Below the pieces are notes generated by a model that did no database searches, was not told the origin of the DNA, and saw only the letters and a list, made by a program, of their open reading frames with translations. From NCBI GenBank assembly GCA_964247055.1, contig OZ176053.1:10230001-10294000 (forward strand): 64,000 nucleotides of DNA, given 5' to 3'. The translations under genes were made by a program, and so were the position numbers. Of the stretch, positions 52,163-64,000 are shown one piece after another. The stretch comes from Paragordius varius (lineage: Eukaryota > Animalia > Nematomorpha). The first letter of the stretch is position 1; each line of letters starts with the position of its first letter.

Positions 52163-55100
52163 TGTCAAACCTGTTAATCATTATAATTTTACATAAAAAT
52201 TGATAATACAAACCCTAGATTATTTGGATTTAAAATAATTATTTAACAAAATTTTCCATTATCGATTTGCTTTAACTTCAAATATTTTTCTATTAATAAA
52301 ATTTAATCATAATACAAAAAACCGTACAATTAATATAAATTCCAACAAAAATGATAAAAATTACTTTTTGGTTGAATAGTTTTAAGCGGAGGTATGTGGA
52401 ATGGACTTACTTTGGTTATACGAAAATTAAATTAAATTTATAAATTTAATATAAAATTTATAAAGGATAATAATATTATGTGTGTGTGTCTGGTGGTTGA
52501 TTTATTGATAAGAAATTATGTTGCTTAACTCAGTTCTTACCAGAAGAAAACAGATAATATAATAAAAATTTAATAAATTAAATGTTTCTTTATTATGACA
52601 AATACAAAAAAATTTAGAAATTAAAATTTATTTTTTAGATAAACTCTAAAAGTTGTCTCCTTTTATATGTCATAACTGTTTTGTGTATTATTACTTGTGG
52701 TTCCCTATATTTGGCATATATATATATATATATATTTAATAAGATGATGCCAATGATACTCTAACAGTGTGGCAGAGAAGGCAAAAAATAATAATTTATC
52801 TTTTTTCATGTTTTATATGGTTCTGAATGTTTTCTAATAACCAATTCTTGTACTTAGTGTCACTTTCTAAAATCCGCTAATAAAATTTTAAAAATTTTTA
52901 ATTCTACCATTTATCAAAAATATGAAATTTTATGAATTTGATTGGATAGTATGATAGATTTTAATAAAATTAATTAAACAGGAAAATTGAAACCTATCCT
53001 ATCTGAAGTGGTGTAACTTAATATAGAATTTGCAAAGCTAAAAAAACTTATTATATAATAAGAAACGAAAGGTATATCGGACATGTTTACATATCTAATT
53101 AGTGGGTATTATCATTGAAAAAAATAATATTATTGTTTAGATAACTAATAAGAAAGAATATTTAATATGTGCTTCTATGCCTTTCTTCCTTATCTGTCAT
53201 TATAATATTATTTTGAAATCCCCCAGCAGAAAAATAATTTTTGCATTTCTAATATCATTATTAAATTTGAAGGAGGTGTATGCATGTACACCAGTATATT
53301 TACATATACAATTTTGATAAATATATTCACTTCTCTAAGTAAAGTAAATGATGTAATTACCTAAAATGAATTCTCTTAAGCTAGAGATATGGATGCGCAG
53401 ATTGTGTGATGAAAATATTAAAGTTTTGCCTATAGATATGATATACTATACAAACCAAACTTTAATAAAATTTTAGCGCTATAATGACATTTTTACATTA
53501 ATATGCTAATAATATATGGGTTCTATTTAAGCATTCAATTTACATATGAAAATAATTATAATTACAATAATATGAGGTTAAGGATATCGTATTCAACTAT
53601 ATAGATAGGTTTTAAGGGACTTTTTTATAAAAATCATATAGGAATATAAGTATATGTTAATAATGTGACCAATTGGGTTCCATGTTAGTTTTAAGTTTGT
53701 CATGGTGGTATAAAAACTTTGGAATCGGAAAAATGGGAATTACCTTATTACACAAAGAACCCAAAAAATTATTTTTGGCGGCTTTTTAAAAAATTTTCGT
53801 GGTACTTTGTGTTACAATTAGTTTGATATTTTAAGAGTTAGGCATTTAAAATGTAAATTATTCTAATAGATAACTTTAATAATGGCTTTCTAATTTTATA
53901 ATAAGAGCATATGATAATATTTTTTTAGATATAATAGGAGCCAGCATAAAAATATTTATTCTACTTAAAGACCCCATTTATTTATAAAATAAAACAATTT
54001 ATTTTTGATTTGAAACGCAGATGATGAGTTATTTTTAATTATCATAGTCATCTAAATATTTTTCATTGGTGCATCTTTTTGAGTGAATTAATGATAAAAA
54101 AATATCACAAATTCGATTCTGAAAGCTTGGTTGGATTAATTTATGAAACCAAACTATGTTATAAATATTTAATTTAAGACAAAAAGATGTGCGGATTTGA
54201 TAGGATATATTAGGTATTTTTTGAAATAATCAATTTTTTAAAAAATATTATTATGGCAGATCCCCACTAAGAGTTTATTATTAATGCATTCACTGAAAAA
54301 TGAGAACCGGTAAAAAAGGCATTGGTAACGAAAAGTTTTTCATGTCAAATTATTGAACCTTTCAAATATTAATCGAACATATTACGTTTTTATTGCCAGA
54401 CGTGATGGCAGGCTGACCTCCTTTAAAAATGACATTGATCGAAAACATACAAGATCTCATCGTTAACCGAAAAAATTAGAGTTTTTAGTTGTTAACTAAG
54501 AATAATTTTAAAAAATTAAAGTTTAATTTAAAAAATTTCTTTTTTTATAGCTATTATTTAACCATGTGAATTTAATTATGCACCATTTGAAATTACTGAA
54601 TTAGCCCTTTCAAATATATATATTTTTAATTTATAGAAGTTACTATAAAATGGTTAAACTTTTTTAAATAATACCCCATGAAAATCTTTATATTTAAATG
54701 CAAAATTTAATTATTTTACATTATAATATTGTGCAGTGTAACTTTGTTAACTGTATCAAAATTAAGAATAAATATAAAGATTTAGTTTCTTGAATGCTTG
54801 ACCGTCACTAATTTATTAAATATTATATACTTTTTATTTCCAAGTTCTTATTTTGTTTAGATACCAAATACTGTTAGAATATCTAAATCACTCCTATTGC
54901 TTTTGGGGTAATTTTATATTCCATAGCGATTTGAATATCTTAAAAAGTATTTGAGTATCCGAATTATGGCTTTGATGTTTTCTTCTTATATTTAAATGGC
55001 AGACGATGTTGACCGAATCGCGAAAAGTCCAGAAAAAACTTGATATAATATGATATTAATATCAGCTGTTCGTTTCAATTGTGTTTTGGAACTGTCCCAA

Positions 55101-56286
55101 TTTTATACTCTAGAAATCACAAAACTCTAAAAATATAAGCATTCTTATTTAATACATGATAACAATGTTTGATGATTAAATTTAATTAACTTATAAAACT
55201 GCAGTTTATTTAGAAAATCGAGCTCTGGGCTATAAAACTACCCCAATAAATAAATTAGGTCAAAAGAGTGAAAAGGTAATGAAGCGTTAATTGCACAGGC
55301 ATTCAAAATTACACCTTTAATTTCTCCCAATAGAACATGACTAATTTTTGGATTTTGGAAGCACCGAAAAAAAAACATATTTCAAAATTGGAAACACTGG
55401 ATAAAATGCTCGAGTCAATATTTTTAAATAGTATTATAATTGTTAATCACTTTTCCACTGCAATTTTTCATACAATTCTAATTTTAGGTCTAAACTAAAA
55501 AAATTCTTCCTACCTTATGACAAAACAAAAGATGGAATATAAAGGTTCAACTTTTTTTACATTAGCCAATGTACGATATATACGATATAATTATATTACC
55601 TATAATTATTATTGGCCAAATTATTTTTCGCACGATATATTCGTTGCAATTGAATTTATAATAAGACAAAATAACCTCATAATACAATTAATTTATTCGA
55701 GAAAGTAGTTGTGGTTAATCCTTCAAATCTGCATCATTAAACTTTATACAAAAACTATTGATTTGAAAATTTAATATCTAAATTGCTTGACACTAGCCAA
55801 AATAATGGATTAATTTTACTATAAAAATACCAAAACTATATTAATTAATTTTACAAAATGGTTGTTTGGTTAGATCCTAATTTAATGTTCTAGTATATAA
55901 ATTATTTATTCATGTTAGGTTTAAGGAGTTAGTTGAGTCTTGTAATGACGTTAAAATAGAATGAGCTGTCAAAATATGATTGTAATAACAATATTATTTT
56001 GTGGAAAATTCTACTCCTACAATATAACTTTAAATTTTATGTTAAAAAAACCTACAAAACTAAAATAAAATATGATGTCCCATTAATTATGTTAAAAGCA
56101 TATTAAATAATTAGTTGAAAGTAAGTGATGCTTTTTTTATAATTATCACAAATAAAAATATAAATTAATTTATCGCCTTTCACCTGTGTTTAAGTTTGTT
56201 TTAATAATAAAAATCCTCATGGGATCTATGGAAAGTCATATATTTGCATAATAATTATAATTATATTTATGTCAATTGTGATAATA

Positions 56287-56393
56287 CAGTAGCGTATGGT
56301 AAAAAACAACAAATGGTTGTAATAAATATTTTTTCCTATATTTTAACATTAATTTTCTTCATACAATAATTGACAATTTACCTTACGCTACTG
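56287..56393. mobile_element. ~107-bp TA-flanked MITE
   Basis: TIR CAGTAGCGTATGGTAAAA / TTTACCTTACGCTACTG, flanked by TA on both sides. Confidence 0.75.
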
Positions 56394-59300
56394 TAATTAA
56401 TTAAAAAGTGATTGGTTTATAGCTTCCTCAAATCATGATACTTGATATTAAATTTACGCATTCCAAATTTCAATTTCTAGAAATCTCATATTTTCTATAT
56501 TAAAAACTTTTTTGGCAGATATTTTGACGCCCTTTTAATGTTTTGAACATAGTTTAACACAGGACCGAATATGTATAAATGGTAATAAGTCATTCTCATA
56601 CTATGTAGATAAAATTATTTCGCTCGATAAAATTTTCGACTGAGGAATTACATTAGAAATCAGGCAAATATTTTAAGTATGCATGAAAACGAATCGAGTT
56701 TATGCCTATAAAATGCTGCCCAATATAATGGTATTGCTAGGAAAAGTTTTCTTTTGTTTTTATTATATAAGGAACATTTTTGGTTGGGACTATAAGTCGG
56801 TTTTCGAAAATTCCCAAGAATTCGTTACTGTTAGGGGTAATTTCCCCATTTTGGTTGTTTTTTCTAAAAACCACAAAATTACAAATTTGTTAAATACACC
56901 TTAATTAAATTTTAAAAATTGAAAAAAATGTTTACATAGTATTAAAAATTTGAAACATTAACAAATAAATAATCACAGGTTTCCATTCCAAAAAAATTTC
57001 TTTTCACGATATATTGGGGAAAAAAATAAAAAATCATATTATTCATTAGTTAAAGATAGTACGGAAACCGTGCAAACCAAGGTTATAACCAATATCCTTG
57101 TTCATCTTTCTGAAAAGACCCTAGGGCTTTAATAACCACTCCAGGTTTCATTTTTATATTTTTACCAGTTTTGGAAACCCATTTTAAACATAGTACATGG
57201 CTTTCGGTAAATATCCGATACATTTCTCAAATAATTTTGGTGATGCAATATGTAATATGGCTATTTTTTTTATAAATTTTTCCATTTACAAGAATAAATA
57301 TATTATGGCGTGCTTTTATCTATAATTAATTAGCGCAAAACTATTATTCAACCTCGTATTTTAAAATTTTTAACCGGCTTAACTATCATTTAAAGCCGGG
57401 GTGTTCAGCACCCTGGCAGAACCGACTTATCGTGATGGCCTAGCTAGAAATTTACATTATATATAATTTTTACAATTATAATTTAAACTAAATAAGGAAA
57501 GATAAAATTAACTATGCGGCTTGCTTGTTGGGCTTTTCTTAACTAAATGATCGGATAAACTAAAGATTTGTAAATAAAAATTAATAAATGTCCCCATCAG
57601 ACGCGTTAATTATTTTCGAATGGTTGGAACGGACTATAAAACAATGATAGTCATTAAAAATATCATTTATTATTATTAAATTGATCGCATCCGGGTGTAT
57701 ATATCCTAAGCGGTTTCCATATTAGGCACCCCTTATATTAAGCAAATGTATCATGCCACTCGTTCTTTAATTAAATTAAAGATTTTATTTTTATCCTAAC
57801 TATGCCAATTTTCGAGAACTTTTTTTTAAAAAAATTTGGGTTGATTAAATATATCGACATGTTATTTAATAAATTAATATAGTATAGGACTGGTAAAATC
57901 ACCCCTTTTTCCCATTCAATTATATTATACCCGCAAAAATTTTGACCGTCGTTACCACCTCTAATATGACCTGACATAATAAACATTCTATTTGTACCCC
58001 TACAATAAAAATCTTATTCAAATAATTTTAGAACCGCGGATCAAGCTGTGGATATTAAGCCATGTATTTTCTCCCACAATCTAGAATAGTATGGCGAAAG
58101 AGTTAAGTCTATATAAAAGTTTTGTTAATAAAGTAATGTATATATACATCAGGCAGACAAATTGTATTTATAGTAGCTAATTAACAAAAAATAATTTCCC
58201 ACATTAAAATACAAATAACCATACAGATACCAAATTAAATTTTAATACTTATTAACATTTTTTGATTATATTAACCACAAAAGGAACACCGTTAAAAATT
58301 AAGTTGTTTAAAAAAATAATTTAATAAGTTTCTTTGATACTTTTCGGTTTAGACAATATAGATATTTTTACTTTTATTTTTGGTCTTTCATACAAATTTA
58401 TAGTCCCACCGTCAATTTCATTTATGTATCAGAGTAATGTTATATTTTACCTTTTGCTAAATACTAATAAAAAGATAAAATTAATTACATTAAATACAAA
58501 TTTAAACTTTTTTCACTTTGACTTTATAATATAATTTTATTTTAATCTTTTAAACCCATAAATTACGACAACCGTTGACATTTCGGTTAGTAGAGATAAT
58601 AGGACGGCATTCCTTATTAATAAAAGACAATGTCATAAATTAAAGTTAATGTTGTATATAAAATCATCTTTTTCCAATTTATTCAAAGGTGAAAATTATT
58701 TTAAAAGTCGCGAGAATGGTCGTGAAATCATTTATATGCAAAATGCCATAAACTCTATTTGGAACTCATTTAATTTTTGAAACCATTAAAATTTGTATTG
58801 CCTTATAAAAAATATATTAGTAAAATAATTATTGAATAAGCATCTATAAATTTAATAAAATATTTGGACTTTAGCGCAATTAATATAATAAAGTTATTTT
58901 GTATATTAATAATCGCTTTTAAGCCCAAATTTATTTATTAATATATTTTATTGAATTATTTTTAAAATATGGAAATTAGGAATTACGCCTTTTCTCACTA
59001 AAGCTAAACCAATATGTAATTTTTTGTATGTTTTGAAAATGATTGTTAAGTCTTAAAAGCGATCACTTTTGATAGGTAAGAGAATAATTATAAAACATAA
59101 ATGTATATTCCTTCTGGATATGGTATAATACCATTCATGGTTATTTCAAAGATACATGAGTAAGTATACATTGCTAGAAAGTTTTTAATTATTGCCAATT
59201 AGTAAATACAACAAAGGGCAGTATTATTGGTTAATAATAGCAAAAAGTGAAAAAAATAACTATAAGCCAATAATACTGCATAACTTTTTAGCAATGTAAA

Positions 59301-60430
59301 CTTATTCATACTGTATAAATATAGTTCAGATTTTTGATTATTGATAAAACTTGTTTGTTAAACCAAACATTGATTTCTCACAAAACTAATAACAACAAAA
59401 TTTTGATATTAAATAAACATATTTTAGGTTGTAAATGCAGATTTTTAAATTTTATAAAAACAAAAAAATTATTACACCATATTAGTAAATAATTTTATAA
59501 AATCAAAAAATTAGAGGGTTAGTGGGAGTTTTGCGATAGTCAGGCCTACCCATTGGGAATCGTAATTATTATGGTTGAAACCGAATAGTAACACTGTTTA
59601 CCAATAGTCATGTGGTTTCGTTTTTGGGATTTAGCAATCACAAAAAAAGAGTCAGGTACTTTGAAAATTAAAAAAGATTAATACAATAAAGAATAAACGA
59701 TATCAAATCTGTCTCAATGTTTATAATATAGATAGATTATATACATATATATGATGGAAAAAGCGAGTAATTAATATATAAAATTTTTTGCATTGCAGCT
59801 GCTCGAGGATTGAAAATTTTTTTATACAATCACATGAACAATGTGGGTTTTAATAATATTACGGGGTTCTCTCCACTACTTTTTTAACATTTATAATTTA
59901 TACATTGCATACCTGGAATTATAATACGGTTTCAAAAATGACTTCGGTGATATAATTTAATATATTTTTTATTTTTTGGAAATTTTATAAAAATGTATTG
60001 AATTTACTTTTAAAAAGAATGGTGACCAATATTTAAACGCTTTAACAAATAATTAAGTGATGTTTACGGATTTAAAATTTTAATTACAAAAATTTAAAAT
60101 GAGCAATCAGCTTTTGGTTTAATAGTTATTATAAGTTATATAATTGGGTTTTTATACAATGATTACCTTTGTGGAAGATATTGATTAAAAATTAACTTTA
60201 TTAGCGAAACTTGATTTTTAAGCGGTAAACCCATCAATATTGGAATTTTATCGGTTTAAAACCTTTAACACAATTAATCGTAATGCCATATAAAATTTAT
60301 TTAAAATCATGTAAAATTTGCTACAAGAAAATGAGTTTTGTTTCATCAATTGCCTTACACAAGAGGTGATATCATCTGTTAAATCGAGCAGAATATTTGA
60401 TTTGAATTTGGCTCAGTTTCAGATATTTTT

Positions 60431-63400
60431 ATGGCTGCTGTTGATTCTATTGAATATATTTCAAAAGAAGTTGAAAAAAGTTTAACTGAAAACGTATACC
60501 ATTTTTAATGTAATTTGATAGGATGTTTTGCAAAGATATAAGAAAAATTTGACGCTAATAAACCCCAAATATTTGTTGATAACCAAGGTTTACGAATAAT
60601 AATGTTAGACTCAACTTGCGGACTATAAAAAAGCCCTTCAAAATTCTAAACTTTCTTTAAAAGAGCAAAACATAATAAGCAACTATTTGGAAGCCAATGT
60701 TCATCCCGACACAGGAAAGAAAATACACCCTTTATTCACGATGGGTGGTTATGTATGGTCTGGGATACCAATAGTTGCATGTCTCTTGTATTTTCATTCT
60801 CCTGCTTGGAAAACGTTTTTGAATGCTCACCAGAGTATGGCACATAAACCCTTGTATGCGACTTATCCAATTTTATTTTTTCAATGGTTGAATCAAACCC
60901 AAAATTCCCTATTTAATTATGCAAATCGCAATGCATCTGTAAGTGTCTCATATCATATTGTAATATTCTAATTGCATTAATTTTAATATACAGAAAACTA
61001 ACGAAAGTTCATTGCTTATAAGTTATATATTAGCCACTTCCAGTGCTATGGGAATTGCCATTGGTAACTATAATTATTTTTTTATTAATTGCTGCGCATT
61101 CATTAACATAATTTATATTTTTTTAAACAAATATTGTTAAGGTCTTGAGAAACTTTGTTCTACCACATCAACCAAAAGTCTTTTGATGCGAACTCTGAGT
61201 CCAGCGATTCCATTTCTCTCTGTAGGTTTATTTATTTAATTAATGTCCATTTATTTTAATATTCTAATGACAAATTTTGTAATGCGCATGCACCATCATC
61301 CAATTAATATTTAATTAGTTCTTGATATATAAGTTAAGTTATGTAAATATATTATTTTTATTCTATGTTATCATAAAATTACTTTTAATTTACGACTGCA
61401 ATTATATAAGTTTAAAATACATTAGTCTATGTAGATATATATTCTTTTATAAAGGTTATTTCAAAATTTGTCAGTATATATTATCTTTTTGTTCAATTAT
61501 CGCTAATTTTAGTCGCGATGTTTATAACTTATTACATAATATAAAGTTGTAATTTTTCTTACAGGCCTGCAACATAATTTTTAATTGGTTATTGATAATT
61601 TATTTTGGTGTTTCACATAGTACTAATCAAAATACTTTTTTCAAAAAATAATTGTGTAAATGCGTTTTTTGTAATAATGACATATTAAATAAGGTAGATG
61701 TGTACAGATTTTGATATAAATTATAAATGAACATCTTAGAGTTAAGAGATTTGCGAATAAATTTATTTCTTGTAAATAATTATTTTGTAACTATTTTCAC
61801 AAAATGCATTTTTGCTAAAACCTCTTGATTAGTTTTTATTTTGCGAAAAATTGTAGTTTTCGTTTTATATTATTTTTGTTTGTTAAGATTGGTGGTTTCG
61901 CACTTTTTTATTGAAAATTAATATTTAAATAGATAGTCCTTCAACTATAAGAGATGAAACTTCACCACTAACTTTTTAACAGTGTTTTTCGGGAAATTGT
62001 TTTGTTGTTTCTTTATAAATTGTAATAGGTTTTCCCTGATTTGTGCGCTTTTAATATGCCTTATCAAGAATACTTTTACGTCTTTATATCTTGACCATAA
62101 CACCACAAAAGTTTTAATAATTTTTAAACAATTTTATCAAATTGATTATGTTTACCGTTTTTAACAAACTTTTTTGATTGCTTATGTTGATATGTACCGA
62201 AACTACTTTTAACGAAATAAGATAATCAAAATTGATACAAAGAGGATGGTAATAAATTTTTCTTAAAACACGAATTTTTGTTTTTAAAGGTTTTATATTT
62301 TCCGTGTTCTTTTGATTGCCGTCACTCAATATGTTATAACTTTCCAGAAATATAATATTTTATCGAACGATTTGCTTTATAATAAATTTTTAGTTTTAGA
62401 AGGAATTAATTTATTTTTATATTCACCAATTTTGTCAGTTAATCAAAAACAATGATTGATAATACATGACATGTTAATGTTACGAATAAAATATTATTCT
62501 ATTAATCATTTTATTAGCTTCCGTGCCCGTTTTGTACTGACCACTTTTTTTGAGAAACAGTCTTCATTGTTTGTCCAATAATACACCATTTTCAAAAATT
62601 TACCCTTTAACTATTCTAATTCACCCTTGAACAAATCAAATTCTTCCTAAAAATAAATTATCTTTTTTTCGGGCTAATATAACTCATCATTAATTAGAAA
62701 ATATATTATGGCATAATTTATTATTTTTTCAGTATTAATTTAATTTTAAACAATTTTTTATAAACATAAAAAAATATAGTTAATTTTTAATTTAAAAAAC
62801 ACATTATTTATTTTAGGCTGAATTTGCATTGTTCAAGGGTAAAATTGTTCGAGGGTTAATTTAAACTGTAAATGGTATTATATAAGGAGTTGTAATAGAG
62901 ATAGGGTGGTACCTTTGTTAAATTTTGCACTTTTTGTTTTTTTACCATCGTATTCATTTTTCGGTTTTCTTCGGTGACCCACTCTTAAATTTAACTTTAA
63001 ATAAATTAACGATTCTAAAAAATTGGATGTTACCTTTTTAATTAACAAATACAACATAAATTAATATAATCGTTTATCTTTAAAATTATTTAGGGTATTT
63101 TCGAAAATAAAATTTTTCCTTATATATTTGGCTGGGTTAAGAATATTATACATATTAGTTTATACATGTATAGCATCAGCAAATGTTGTAAATTTGTTAA
63201 GCATGAGATATCCCGAATTAAAGAATGGCATTAAAGTTTTTACGCATGATGGAAAATATGTCGGAGTATCTAAAAAAGCGGCAAAAAAGGTTGAAACAGA
63301 AATTTTCATTTTTATATATACTATTAACTTTTAATCTAAAAAGATGGAAATTTTTATTTTTACAGTTAATTTCGTTATTAATTGGCAGGCGCTATTTGAA

Positions 63401-63991
63401 ACTGGTCTAACACGAGTCATTATACCGATCCCAATCTTGATTATACCACCTTTAATTACAAATTTTATGCAACACAGGTAATATTTATTTTAACTTTAAT
63501 TTGTTTTTTCGATTCATTTTCAATATGTAATTTTTTTTTACCAATTTTTATCCATCAGGAAAATTATAAAAAGGTATCCTCGATTAATGTTACCGATTAA
63601 CGTTTTGACAGTGAGTGCCTGTTTTACATTAGCTTTCCCGTTTGCATTATCTATTTTTCCTCAAACCTCAAAGGTAACTTAAGTTTACTAACTATTATTT
63701 TTTTGCTATAACATAATATTTAAATGAATTATTAATTTTACAATATTAATTAATTAATTATATTATCAGATTACTTAACATTTTATCTAAATAAAACCAA
63801 ATATTGGGTTTATATAGCGATCAATTAAGCTAAATTTTAAACCTTTTCGATAGGCTGTATCACATATTTCAATATATGGTATGAAATAATCTTGTTTTTA
63901 AATCTATTTCATTATATAGATTAAAACAAAAAGTATAGATGTAGCAAACCCTCCTAAAGATCCCTGGCTATATTACAACAAGGGCCTATAA
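60431..63991 (+). CDS. SFXN5: Sideroflexin (mitochondrial inner-membrane transporter), SFXN5-like, ~9 exons
   Basis: INPKYLL, HPDTGKKI, FFQWLNQTQNSLFNYANRNAS, SYILATSSAMGIA, IPFLSVASANVVNLLSMRYPELKNGIKV, ALFETGLTRVIIPIPILIIPP (SFXN5-type), FPFALSIFPQ, C-terminal YNKGL then TAA at 63989-63991. The 5' start is slightly uncertain. Confidence 0.92.
60494..60521 (+). other. 28-nt GT-AG intron (sideroflexin intron 1)
   Basis: gtataccatttttaatgtaatttgatag links the ATG 60431 exon in frame to DVLQRYKKNLTLINPKYLL. Confidence 0.75.
60588..60608 (+). other. 21-nt GT-AG intron (sideroflexin intron 2)
   Basis: gtttacgaataataatgttag contains in-frame TAA TAA..TAG; removal gives INPKYLLITK-TQLADYKKAL. Confidence 0.88.
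62582..62880. mobile_element. MITE family A copy (sideroflexin intron)
   Basis: tacaccattttca...actgtaaatggtatta; core collinear with the copy at 40604. Confidence 0.82.
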
Positions 63992-64000
63992 TACTGCATT

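Noticed and set aside
13006-60608. Tiny introns as sequencing or assembly indel errors
   Set aside because: All nine are bounded by GT-AG, two are 3n with in-frame stops, and removal restores family motif spacing in most cases. Random indels would not do this.
124-63410. TTG/GTG-initiated ORFs of the track as prokaryote-style genes
   Set aside because: Most are internal exons with intron read-through, antisense shadows (e.g. 4695..4895, 4913..5125, 47377..47559) or AT-rich chance ORFs.
1-64000. rRNA, tRNA or snRNA genes
   Set aside because: No recognisable cloverleaf or conserved structural-RNA motif was seen by eye; a tRNAscan-SE/Infernal run would be needed to exclude them.

Overview
Very AT-rich, intron-containing invertebrate animal DNA using the standard genetic code. 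A cuticlin/dusky-type ZP gene and the AstC-type peptide hint at an ecdysozoan, but this is inference only. Six spliced genes were reconstructed by hand: a ZP-domain transmembrane protein (124-6210, -), mitochondrial tRNA-modification GTPase MnmE/GTPBP3 (9374-13418, -), INTS4 (36942-45579, -) head-to-head with XRCC3 (45627-47680, +), a small allatostatin-C/somatostatin-like neuropeptide precursor largely missed by the ORF track (48196-52162, -), and a sideroflexin, SFXN5-like (60431-63991, +). A ~12 kb array of a 42-bp unit (22220-34150) appears to derive from an acidic protein-coding repeat. The rest contains DNA-transposon material (a defective hAT with a perfect 8-bp TSD, a TTAA-flanked foldback element, several MITE families) and decayed coding fragments. 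The most striking pattern is that every intron starting within ~500 nt of the ATG in the four housekeeping genes, plus one at 539 nt (9 introns in all), is only 21-28 nt, while the downstream introns I could resolve are about 55 nt to 2 kb. Gene identities come from recalled family motifs, not database searches, and some internal exon boundaries are approximate.
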